Shown here piece after piece: positions 41,620 through 53,395 of a stretch of 64,000 bases of DNA. The position numbers were made by a program, and so were the translations under genes. Position 1 is the stretch's first letter, and each line of letters opens with the position of its first letter. The notes under the pieces are model-generated. The model ran no database searches, was not told the DNA's origin, and worked only from the letters and a program-made list of their open reading frames with translations. The stretch is taken from NCBI GenBank assembly GCA_000708835.1, contig DF237462.1:1-64000 (forward strand). The letters are read 5' to 3'. This DNA is from Klebsormidium nitens. Taxonomy: Eukaryota > Plantae > Klebsormidiophyceae.

Positions 41620-44600
41620 ATGGCGACCACTCAGCGTGGCGAGAAGTCTTCCAAGATCTCCAAGATGAAAGTCAGGGTGCTGAGCGAGGAACTTTTGAAG
41701 CCCAAGACGCCTGCGGACCACCCTAAGCTTCTGGAGCTCTCCGTGATCGATCAGGTTCAGCCCCGCTTCCATGGGCCACCGATGCTTGCGTTTTTGGGAC
41801 CGATGCCTGATGGTAGGTTCATCGTTTTCTGAATATGATTTTTCTAGGTATCTGATTCAAAGAGGTTGGTCAGTCATTCTGTGGCTGTCTTGCTGGAGTC
41901 CAAACTTGAAAGGATTTATGGGGGTGTAAGACTGGGCTTATGTCTACCTGCGGGGTCACACTGCTCCCGGATGTGATGTGCTAGTCCCACCACTTGATCT
42001 GACATGTACTGGCATTTGCGCAGCAGATTCACTGAGAGCACAGCAAACAAAGTATTCTGAAAGATCTAGCTCCCACAGCTTTCAGATACTTATGTCTTCT
42101 GACAATCCGTTGCTCTAACGTTTCTGACAATGAGTCTACTGGCACGCTGTGCTTGTGGACAGTCCAACTCTGTCGTCCCGTCTTTAAATCCATTCTTGTT
42201 TTTAATGCTTGAGCGATCTGTTCTTGCAGCACTGCCATTTGAAGAGTTTGTGCAAAGAAGCAAAGAAGCATGGGCAAGAACACTGGTGGCATACTACCCT
42301 CTGGCTGGAAGGCTGGTGGTAAGCCCTGAGCATTAATTTTTAGCTTGCTAACAATTTCTACAGTCATGCTGGATGAGGTAGTGAAGAAATGCACATTGCT
42401 TGATGCAGATGGTTCTCTACTGCAAAGAGTCAATCAAGAGACTATACATCAAGAAAGATACAGTCCTCTTGGCGCCTCAACTTCTTGTGAAGAAACGAAG
42501 TTGTGAGTGTAGTCTCATGTGTGTCCGTTGCGCGCCAGCCTTTATCCTTGCCTCAACGCTATGCTTAGATCTGTTCCTTGTGTCAGTCAAAGTTTGACAA
42601 TAGCAAAACTTTTGAGTCTCTGCAGTGTCAATCAGCTGGGGAGGCACCCATTCTTTTCCATTAGACCTTAGTGACCTTTGCCAATCTTCTCACCCTTGTG
42701 TCACGACTCCCTTTTGCCCATTCGCATTCGAACCTGTTGCCTTCTGGACCACACATCAGAACAGATTGCCAAAATTGATGGCATCGTTCAATTGTGCTTG
42801 CCGGGTTCATGGTCTGAACAGGCACAGCCCTCCAGCCTTTGAAAGTCCTGGGAAGTGTCTCAAGGCAGAAGTGCTGAGCATCCACTCTGTGGCCACTGTT
42901 GAGCTCCTCTCATGGTGGCGGCTGATTCACCTGACCAAGTGTGAAGATACTACGGTTAGCCCTGAGATTCGGAACTAGCTGACATGAAGTACTCCTGTGC
43001 GCACTTGAATTCGTGGACATCTGACTCCTAACCAGCCCATGCGACTAACGACCCTTTCCTCTGTACCGCAGAGACAAAAGGAAGGGTGCCTCGCCATCGA
43101 CTGCAACGACGCGGGCATTCTCGTGCGCGCTGCCGAGGCGGACTGCCCACTGCCGCAGGAGATGGTGACGGGGACGAGCATGGCTGGCTCCGACAAACTG
43201 TTTTTCACAGAGCGGGGAGAGGACATCACTACAGTCCCACTGCTATTGATACAGGTACGTGAGGAGGCTGCTGGCAACTTGGCTCCATTGGATGACGCGA
43301 CTCAAACGCGTCGTTATAGATATAAAACCTTAAACGTACCTGGTTGAGTGCCTTCGGATGGCCAAGGTTGTGCGGTTGAAGGAGACTGACTTCGGGTTTC
43401 ACGAAAAACGTCACTATTCTAAGCTAGAAACCAGTTTCGCTTTGTCATGAGAGTTCCTGAAGAGTTATTCGCATTTACGTTGACCTTGCTGTCATCCCTC
43501 GGTGACTTTGCGAGACAAACAGCCTAATGAAGCCCAGCCTTATATTCTTCATCGCTCTCTTGTGAAATGGCGGAACAGTGTTAGAAGCTTTCATCTCGTT
43601 TATCATGTATGACCCCTTTCTCGATGCGTTTCATCCATAGCAACGTCGCCCTCTATTAGAAGGGCTTCTCCTACTTTGCAGCATCTCCCCTGCTTGTTTC
43701 GTGAGCACGAAGTCATACGCACGATGACGTCACACTCGGCATCGTAGATACTGCACAATTGAAGTAAACAAAAGGTAGCGCAATCTCCTAGCTCGCGCCT
43801 TGTCAAGCGCGCATTGTCTATGAATCTCGAATTAATGTACGATAAGCTTTTAGTTGACCTTGCATTTTAACCCGATCGGGTTAGGATTCAAAGGCTTACG
43901 TGCTACACATTAACTCCCACCCTAACCGTTCAACTAACTCCACCCCGTCTCGCTGTCAAATTCGTGGGCTTACAGTACACTCAACCGATTGGAAATTTTT
44001 TATTTCTGTGCAGTTCACGCGGTTCCAGGACAACTCGTTGTGCATGTACTTCGGGTTTCATCACACTGTTTCCGACGGGGCCAGCAGCAGCCTTGCTGCC
44101 TACTATTGGATAGAGCTGTTTAAGGGGAAGGAGCCGCCCTTCGTCCCAGTCCATGATCGTTCCCTACTGAAGGTAATTCTTGTTACAATCGGTCAGGAGC
44201 AGTCCTCTTGAGACAGAAGATTCTAACTGCGGTTTTTCGGCTTGTGGGTGAAACTAAGTTCGGTCAGAAAGAGTCATACTTGAATACGAATGATCAGTTT
44301 TGTGGCATTCCCTTCTCTTCGAGACGATTTGGTCAAGTCATGTCCGGCAAGGTCTCGTTCGAGTTATCTGGATGATCTGCTCCGGACGTTGAACAGCCGC
44401 TTTGTCACCGATCAATTGTAAACCAGTTTTTTTTTTGGGGGACCTTTCAACATCCAGATCACCTCCGATGCCGCCGTCTGCATTTCAATCTTAACAACGT
44501 GAAAGTCAGAACAAATCATTGTGACTTAGAGTAGATGACATCCTTTACTGACGCGCCAATTCACATTTGCGATTGCAACTCGGAGGTCCCCACGCGTTTG

Positions 44601-47329
44601 CTCGTAGCTCAAAACGAGGTGGCACCCTTTCCTGACGGTTGGCATCGTGCACCCCGTAATCACAATCAAATTTGGGTGAGGGCCGTGACGTCACCCAAAT
44701 TCTCAAATTCCCAGGTGCAGACAACCCAGAATCCTGAAACTCACGCTAAACATGCTCCGCACCCGTACCCAATCTAAACCTGGTGGGAAACCCACCCGTC
44801 CCCCCGGCGATGATCTACCTCAACAAAATAACGAGAGCAATCATCCTCCCGTCGCAGGCGTCAGGCGAGCCGGTCCCAAGCAAGACGCACGCCGTGCTCG
44901 GGTTGGCGCCCACGTTTCCCATTCCCAAGGTGGTGAAAATAATGCTGGGCAGCCCCCGGTTGAAGAGAGTGATCCCGTACCTGCCCAAGCGGATGATCCT
45001 GCCGGACGTGCCCCTCCACCGGCTGTTCTTCTCCAAAGGAAAGCTCGAGGTAAGGGGCGTTGGATTTTACAGTCGCCTCATTGAAGAGACTTTGTCTTCT
45101 GGTGTTGAGGGTAAAGATGTAGGCTGAAGCGGTCCACCGGCTCTTTTCTCCAAGGCGAAGCTCGGGATAGGGGCCTTTGGGTTGCAGAGTTGGCTCAATG
45201 CTTGGGTTGCGGCCTTCTATGTTGGAGTGGAAGATCCAAGTTGTAGCGACCCGACGTATGCCTGTCCCGTTAGTTGAGTGGAGCTGACCTGAACCGCTCG
45301 TCGGACATCGAGTGCTTTCATTGGGCCAGGCACTCGGTTAGACGATTTATTCTGCGACGTTTCTCGACGTAGACTTCTGCGAGAAGAGGACCGAGCAAAG
45401 TCATAAAGGGGTAGTGTCCTCTTACTTATTCCTTCAATTTGCCGCTCAAAGAGACCGACCTCTCTTAAGGGATTTTGTCCAAGTAGTCGTCGAAGCTGTC
45501 CTTACGTTCAACGTCCGCTTCAACCTTTTCTCCGACAAGCCGAACGTCCCTGCTCAGCCCACTTGCAAAATCTGTTTTCAAACCCACGAAGCTCAAGGTC
45601 AGGTGCTTAAGTTCGTTTCAAGCTATACCGTACGTAAAGAGTCGGTATTTTTGATCCGCTGGTCGAAGGACAAATGAACCACATTCCAAGCACGGTCCTT
45701 CAGTGAACAATCAACTCAGCCACTGACAGCTGGATGTGTTCTCTATGCGGATGACCAGGCGCTGAAAAAGGACGCGTGCGAGGGCCTCCCAGCGGGACGC
45801 TTCGTGTCTACCAACGACGCCTTGACCGCTCTGCTGTGGCGGAGCATCAGCGCCGCACGGGGGCTGCACAAGATTCCTGAGCAGGTAGGAATAATCTTCA
45901 ACGCAAAGCTTTGAACCATTGTGACTACAGAAAGTAGTTGTATCTTCTTCCGATTGGCTTCCAATTGGGTTGCCTTCTTGACCAACGCTGCAACCCAGGA
46001 GCATTTCCGTGGAGCCTGTCAGGTTTCTTTTTGGCATTTTTTGGAAGAAACAGGCACGCACAGAGCAGGTTTTTACGCCGATCCGCCATTCCTAGCAGCC
46101 CGAAACATGTTCCTTCGTCGCAAAGAGAACCTTGATTCGGCAAAAGCATCATGCCATGGCGAACCCTCCAGGTTACGTCTGCGGTTTACAGAGCGCGTTC
46201 TTTCGTCCCAGACTCTCTCGACTTTATTAAAGGCCAGAATCCTTCGGCGCTACTCAGTCTGAGCTGCCTTGTTACTTCTCAGCATTTCTATTTTGTATCA
46301 TTCAAAGTACGGTGTCTCACTCGGCCGCCTGTCCCGCGTGCAGAAAACGCGGCTGGCGTTCGCGGCCGATGGGCGCTCGAAAACGGAGCCGCCTTTGCCG
46401 GAGGAGTACTTTGGAGGGGCAAACATCACGACGCTCTCGGATGCAACTGCGGCGGACCTCCAGAACCAACCCTTGTCGTGGGTAAGCGGTCTTAAGTGAG
46501 AAGAGAAAAATCCATCTGGAACTTTATTGAATCCTCATCAACATCCGTAGGGCTACAAAGCTTTCTGACGGGGTCGACTAGATCCTAAGACTGTACGAGA
46601 GTCATGAATGTCTGGCAACAGGACCTTCATGGTAGCTGATTTGAGTGATGATGAATCTGCGCTTGCTAAGCTTGACGCGTGAATAGGATCTGTAAGAAAC
46701 TACGAAGTGCTGTCGACTACAATGTTCGCAGCTCCGTCCTTCTCACAGGTAAGCCACACCAAGATTCTCGTGCGGAAAGTGGTGATTTATGTCCGTTGGG
46801 GTCGAGCCCAAATCTAAAGGAGGAGTCGGTCGTCGACTTATACTCACGGTTGAGTTTGGTCCCCGATTGTTGACGAGATGTCCTTTGTTATGAATGGGCA
46901 TCAGCTGACGGCAGTCTATCATCTGCTTGACGTCAAGCTTCTCGGTGTAGCCAAATGTTCCCGTTCCCACGTCCTTTGCAGAGCGCGAGCAAAGTGCGCG
47001 ACTCGGTGTCGCGCGTCGACGCCGGCTACGTCAGGAACGTGGTGGACTGGATCGCCGAGCAGCCGAACAAGGCCGCGCTAGGTTTGAACATCAACGCGCA
47101 TTTGGGGCCGGATCTCCTCGTGTCGATTTTAACCAAGTTTCCTATCGATTTGATGGACCTTGGTTGGGGGAACGCTCTCGCCGTCGCGCCGGGAAAGTAT
47201 CACATCCCCTTCGACGGCCTGGTCGTTCTCGTTGGGTCCCGGGGGGGGGTCTGCGCGTTTGTGAGTCTGCTCGCGGGACACATGAAGAAGCTGATGAAGC
47301 ACGAGCCGCTCTTGAAGTACGTCGGTTGA
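41620..47329 (+). CDS. BAHD-family acyl-CoA acyltransferase, 8 exons
   Basis: LVAYYPLAGRL, IDCNDAG, HXXXD motif (HHTVSDG), STNDALTALLWR, and a DFGWG-like DLGWG. Exons 41620-41812, 42230-42318, 43072-43254, 44014-44172, 44858-45049, 45759-45884, 46344-46481 and 46982-47329. Confidence 0.92.
45015..45250 (+). repeat. 118-bp tandem duplication of the BAHD exon 5/intron 5 junction
   Basis: TCCACCGGCTGTTCTTCTCCAAAGGAAAGCTCGAG|GTAAGG at 45015 compared with TCCACCGGCTCTTTTCTCCAAGGCGAAGCTCGGGATAGG at 45133. Confidence 0.8.
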
Positions 47330-47680
47330 GGCTTGGTGACGCCAGGAGGAAAAGTCAGGGTGAAAATTGGATGTCAGGGCGTGCGCGTGCCCAAAACGAT
47401 ATATGATTTTTTGAGACTTACAAAGTAGTACCGAGTACGTAGACAGGGATTGAGATGCGGCACTGGTACGGTTGCTGGGATATAATTGCTGAACGTTGTT
47501 GTGTAATTAGACAGATTGTGCATGTGGCTCGCACGAACCTGCTGCAAGTGATAGTAGTAGACAGTACGATGTTCAAACTGCCCGCATTACCGGAAAGCCG
47601 GACGAGTATACGAGTCAGTTATAAAGATAAACTTGCTTCTTGTGGTAGCGCAGCGCATACCGCAAATTTTGGACTGTAAG

Positions 47681-47876
47681 GTAAGACCTAGGACAGTCAC
47701 TCATTGGCGTAGAAGCCATGGTTTGCGATTGCGTTGCAGCGTGCACGGCTGAGTTGGTTTTGGTAGGACCTAAGACAGTCACTTGCGTTAAAAGTAGTGG
47801 ATTGGCGCTGCGTCGCAGCGTATCAGTACCGACATACTCTGGTCTGTAAGTACGTAGCACCTAGGGCAGTCCGACT
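47681..47876. repeat. Degenerate direct repeat, 3 copies about 82-91 bp apart
   Basis: GTAAGACCTAGGACAGTCACT (47681), GTAGGACCTAAGACAGTCACT (47763), GTAGCACCTAGGGCAGTCCGACT (47854). Confidence 0.6.
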
Positions 47877-48707
47877 TGCGTTGCGACAATGGATTGCGTT
47901 TGCACTACAATGAAGAAGAATGGCCATCTGGGCCCGGCGCTAGACGCCACGTCCACATCATTGTTTCTGTGACTCGTAAGATGGCCTGAAATCTGCTTTC
48001 ACGCACTTAAACATGTCGCGCGAAGTTCTGCCTATCCAGCTAATATGATTCACCATGCATGCGCAAGCATACGTCTTCCGGAGAGCTCCATATGTTAGAA
48101 TCAATTTCGATGGTTGATGTCATGTAACGTACGTAGAATCGACCTGTCCTCCATTGCGTACGACCCCGGCTTCGCGATACTTGATGATAAGCGAAGCTCG
48201 AGATCAGCGAGAAGTTGATTGGGCAATCGTTAAATTCCGACGGTCATCACAGAGTCCTGCACCCTGTATGTGCATCACTATTAGAATCCGACACTTTCTC
48301 CAGGATGCAACGCGATGCTTCTGTCCCTCTCGCCATCAGGTGTTCAAATGCTTCGCGTGAACTCATGCCAGCCTAGGGCGCACATATGCAGGACTGCTAG
48401 CGCCCGCGTCAGTCAAGCTTGTGGTTCAACTCAGATTGAAGTGGACTGAAAGACCGTCAGCAACTCATGCACGAGGAGCCGCATCCATTGCGCGAGCCAC
48501 ATGCATGTCCCACGGTTTCTCAACCAGACGTGTGTCCGCATGATACCACGACAATCATCTCGAACATGGACACAAGATTGAGCTGAGCATGGGCCGGGCT
48601 GACAATGATACGTTCCACATGTTTGCACTCTCAAGTCGTGCCTCTCGTTTGACGCTCGCATACCTAAACCTGATGCAGTGCGCCTCATCTTCCGCGACTA
48701 GTACCCC

Positions 48708-51700
48708 TCAACGCGTTCTCACGGCCGGTACCGATCCTTCGACCGGCTGATCGAATTCCAGTCGCCTTGGAGGTCCATCGGAATGGACCGGTCCCCGAAC
48801 GTCTTCGGCGTCATGCCCGTGTCGTCCGGCATGTACGTGTCCTGGAACTCGTGGCCGCGCAGCCGCAGCATGTCGAGCTTCTGCTTGCGCGTCTCCGTCG
48901 CGAGCAGCTCCGCGTCGTCCTTGCGCCACCCGCCCGGCGGCGGCGGCTGGTCCAGGTCGAGCGCGCCGATGTGGAACGGCTCGTAGCGCGAGTCGTGCCG
49001 GCGGATGCAGTCGAAGAACTCGTTGTCGGTGGAGGGGAAGGTCGCGCCGGCCATTTGGCAGATGGCAAAGATGGCTGGCACGCGGTAACGGTACCGGGTC
49101 TGGCTGCCGAGCTTGTGCGTGATGGGGTATGGTTGAGTGATGGCGGACGGGACGTGCGTGTCAACGACTGTAGATGAGTAGAAAGGTGTCACAGTGAGGC
49201 CGACGTTGGACGTTTGGAACAACTTGCGATGTTAGAGCTTGTAATCCAGGGCTTCCTGAATCTTGTTGGCGGCTCTGCTTACGATTGAAGTATCACACGG
49301 TTTGGAGAAATGCCGAAAACCTCTGGTCGATGACGATGATATGAGCAAAGTAAGCAGCACGTTAACAAACTCAACCACGAAGAAGACCAAAATCAGCAGC
49401 AAAGAATGGAGCCCTTGACGCCCTTGCAAAACCGCATGAGTGTATATCCGAACCCGCTCGACTTTACGCCGCGTCGCCAAGCGAATCCCCGATTCCCTTA
49501 AAGCAGCGAGTTTCAGATTTCTGAAGTTCGGAGAGCTTTCTTTACGCATCACATCTACTTTCAACAATTGAATATGTGTGGAAAATAAAGGCGTTATCCT
49601 TCTCCCATAGGGAATGCGAGTTCCCGGTCACCAGTCACGTCCGTGAGACGGCACTGAAGAGATAGCAAACAGTACTTAGAAGTCAGCTGCTCAATTCTAA
49701 GAAATGCTGCGATATCCAGTGGTCTGTGGAGCAGGGAAAACTTAGAAAAGGGAACGATGAGGCCCTTCAAGCAAAGGTGACCGATCAATGGACATGCTCC
49801 CACATTAAGTCGTCAGGCACAACCACAAAAGGTCACATCTGCTCGCAGCAGGTTCTTATGACGTCATCAAACACGAAAGAAAAGCTTTCAAAAGGGCGGT
49901 CACACGCGAAACGCCAAGGCTTTGCTCGACTCACTATCGTGGGCTTCGTTTCGCCACCGGTTGCCGTCGCTTGGCCTTCTGCAGATGCCGTAGTAAGGCT
50001 GCTCGGGGGCGGGGCGCCGCCCGACAAACACCTTGTGGCACTTGGTGCACTCCTGGAGAACAAAAAGTAACACTAGTTAGAGCTCTCCCAGCGTCTTGGA
50101 GCTATCAGCCGTCCAGAAACCTCTGGAAGTGCCTCCTCTGTGCGGATGCAGGCGAATCGAGGGCAGTTTAGACTGAGATCCCAGTGACGCTTTCAGGATT
50201 GAGGTCAAAGTACCGAATTCTGAAACCATTTACTTTCGGACTGGGGCTCCCCGGATCGAATTTCGGGCATACTGATTTGAGTCGAGGATGTAAATCTTCA
50301 GAGGGTAGAGTTTCTGCTGACGTAAGCACCGTTGCGGCACTGCCGGATCAAGACGTCATGTTCCAGCCGGCGTGCAAAACAGACCGAAACAGAAAGTCGG
50401 TTTTCGATCAGGGCTCCCCCGTCCGAGATTGGATTTTTCCAGAATCAGGTAGTTCACGCTTACATCCGGCACCTCAAGGAAATAACAGTTTCTTTGCAAA
50501 TTGCACGGCCACTCCAGCGATTTGCTTCAACCTCCCTCCACTAAGAGTTCACGGGAGGAATAAAGTTGCATCACCCACATGGGAACCTACGGACTCTTAA
50601 CCTTGAAGACCCATAAGCGACTTTAACCAACGGAGTGAAGAAGGCACAGCATGATCTGCCGTATCATCTGTCTGTACCCAGCGCAAAGGGCCATGGGGTC
50701 AACGCTTGTGAGCAAGCCGCTTGCCTGCATGAAGAAGTGGTCGAGCAGTTTATCCAGCTCCGGCCGCAGCTTCAGGTCCCGGGCCCGCCCGTCGACGATC
50801 TGCAGAACCGCTTGATGACATCAGCAGGCAGACTGGCTCGCAAAGCGCCAAGCAATGGGACGACAAGCTGCTGCGAAGCTCGATGTGGCACTGGGACCTT
50901 CTCAGGAGATCCTTGTGGTAGCCAAAGCCATCTTTCAGAGCAGAAATAAGCAGCTAGCTGGTTTAGATGGATGCCTTTGAAATAATGAAGGAGAAGAGTC
51001 GGTTTGATTGTGAAAGAGCAGAATTGCCAGGCAACACGCCCCTGTTGAGGAAAAGGTGACACTCCTCTTCTGTTGGCAGTCGCTTATAAGCTGCTTCAAT
51101 GGCCACGTTGGTCAGACCGATTTAGGAAGAGGCAGCATCAAAGAAGCCTCGCTGACAAAGGCGCACAAAGTGTGGGTAGCAAGCATGGACACAACGGCAG
51201 CCTTCCTATTGGTCTCTGTTCAGAGCGCCCCTTTATCCTTCTCGTCCTGAAACAACCTAGTGAGTAGCATCGCAAAATGCTCCACCATCTACCGTGGATG
51301 TCCTTGTGATGCTCGCATTCGTAGTAGGTGCTCATTTGATCCAAGCAGCTGGAATGGAGAGTGCACCACTCCCTCCATCGACCGCCAGAAAAAGACCGCC
51401 AGGAAGAATTGACAAAAGCATCGAGCCAATTGCGTATGTTGTGGCCAATGCTGCTACGCTTTGTAATTTCAAGCAGCAAGATCAAGAATGCGCAGCGATA
51501 AGCGACTGCCAACAGAAGAGGAGTGTCACTTTCTTCTCAACGGGGGCGTGCTGCCTGGCAAATCTGCTCTTTCACAATCAAACCGACAAATCTGCTCTTT
51601 CACAATCAAACCGACTCTTCTCGTTCATTGTTTCAAAGGCATGCATCTAACCCAGATAGCTGCTTATTCAACCAGCTTTGACTAACAGTGGTTCGCACGG

Positions 51701-52793
51701 TCATTCTCTGTTATCCAAAACCACCAGAAGATAACAGACAGAAAGGCGGGCACACCTTTTGCGCGATCACCCTCAGCTCCTCGTCATCCCCCAGCACTTC
51801 CGCTGTGACACTGTCCCTCGGTGGCCGCCCGTCCCCGCCCTTTGAGCCTGCGCCGCCCACCCATTGCGCCACGACCACCTTCCTCTCACTCCCACCGCTC
51901 GATTCCTCATCAATTATCCGAGGCGCCGCCGCCCCATTTCCGTCGCTATGGCCGGCCGCCCCGTTTTCAGCACCATCCTTATCCTGCTCCACCGTTGCGC
52001 CTTCCGCCGCATTCTCCGACGCACCTTCTGTTGCATTCTTCAATGCACCTTCAGTCGCATCTATCACTCGGCTAGGTTCGTCGTCCGTGTCACTCTCGCC
52101 CGTGCTAGCCTTCCGCCTCCCACGCGTTTTACCCACCGTCAGTTCGTCCCCCCCTCGCGCCTCTTCCTCTCTCAAATCCGACGCGCTGGGGCCCGCTTCT
52201 TCCTGTGCCGCAGCCTTCTTTCTCGGCGCCCTCGTCCTCCGAGGGGGGGCGCCAGAGGCCTCACTATCGACCGCTGCATCTCCATCCTCCTTAGCTTTTG
52301 TCGTCCTCCTCCTACTTGTCGCCCTTTTTGGAGTCGGAGACGGCGTCTCTGATTCGCCACTTGCATCAGCTGGCGTGTCCGCTTTCTTTGCTCTGGGGGC
52401 CGCCCTCCGCCGCTTTGGCTTCTCTTCCGCCGCCTCTTCCTGCTCAGCCCTGACAGCAAGCCTGGCAGACTCTAATCGCTTGTCGCCACCAGTGCTCCGT
52501 CCATAATCCCCTCTTCCGCGTACCGCACCATTACCAAGAGGAGCTCCTCTCAAAAAGAGACTGCTGGCGCCTCTCAAGGTGGACAAGAAAGGCCTTCTTG
52601 GGGCCACATTGTTCTGTAGTGAGCTGCATTTTGTCGATTCTTGCAACCGAGAGCTGCAAATTGGTCTGGTAATTTCTGCTGATAGCGACTGTGCAGCAAC
52701 GCCATGATGATCCGTGCCTCCGTTTGAAAAGGTGGTGAAACGGGCCTGACCGCGGAAGGTACCACTGTGCGGCGCCAGATACCCCGAAGCCAT
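48708..52793 (-). CDS. Unknown protein, probably plastid-targeted, with a Lys/Arg/Glu-rich linker and a Cys/His-containing C-terminal domain
   Basis: Proposed exons 52793-51756, 50799-50725 (GC donor), 50339-50322 (18 nt), 50052-49935 and 49167-48708 join in frame: ...RVIAQK|IVDGRARDLKLRPELDKLLDHFFMQ|CRNGAY|ECTKCHKVF...EAHD|IVDTHVPSAITQPYP... The N-terminus is Ser/Arg/Ala-rich and ends near LAVRA|E, like a transit peptide. Confidence 0.6.
50917..51688. repeat. Long imperfect inverted repeat (arms about 50917-51093 and 51492-51688, spacer about 400 bp)
   Basis: GTGACACTCCTCTTCTGTTGGCAGTCGCTTAT is on + at about 51057 and on - at about 51529. Similarity extends over roughly 150-175 bp. The right arm carries a 28-bp tandem duplication (CAAATCTGCTCTTTCACAATCAAACCGA). 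Confidence 0.9.
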
Positions 52794-53395
52794 TGCTATG
52801 CTGCAGAGCTCAGTCTCCGCAAACCGCGCCGTAGGTGGATACCCTGCATTGCAGAATTCACTCGCTCCGTTCAAAGGGTCTCAGTCTAAACTTCGAACCT
52901 CAGTTGGAAATTGCACTCTCGTGCTCAAAGAGACCATTGCGGCTTGAGCTCTTGCTAAAATTTCAATCAGGAACCACTGCCGGCTTGATGAGCTTAAACT
53001 TGCTCTGTTGGAACCTGGTGGGGACCGTCCATCTTGTGAAGCAGGCTTCAATGCATCAGCCTCAGGGCAATCTGTAGCCTTACTGTTAGGCCTCTGCCAG
53101 CAATGATTCAATCCGATCATGTAGATGGTAACGGATGTTCCGTCCAGTTTGAGGACCCCCCTTTACCGTACTTATCCAAAGTAATGATCTCCCTAGTTGT
53201 ATGAAAACACGCAAACCCTAATATTTGAGAGCTGTGCATTCATTTGCAAGCTTTACGAGCTCAAACATCTCTCAGAAAATTTCCTGCAGAGGAGCGCATG
53301 CTCAAGGACCATCTAGACACGTCTTATAAATAGAATAGCTACTGACGAGGGCTTCGTCGTGATTCAATCCATTCAATGCACTGCTGCTGTAAGAA

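Noticed and set aside
47681-47876. CRISPR-like spaced repeats
   Set aside because: There are only three degenerate copies, the spacers resemble each other, the context is eukaryotic and no cas genes are present.
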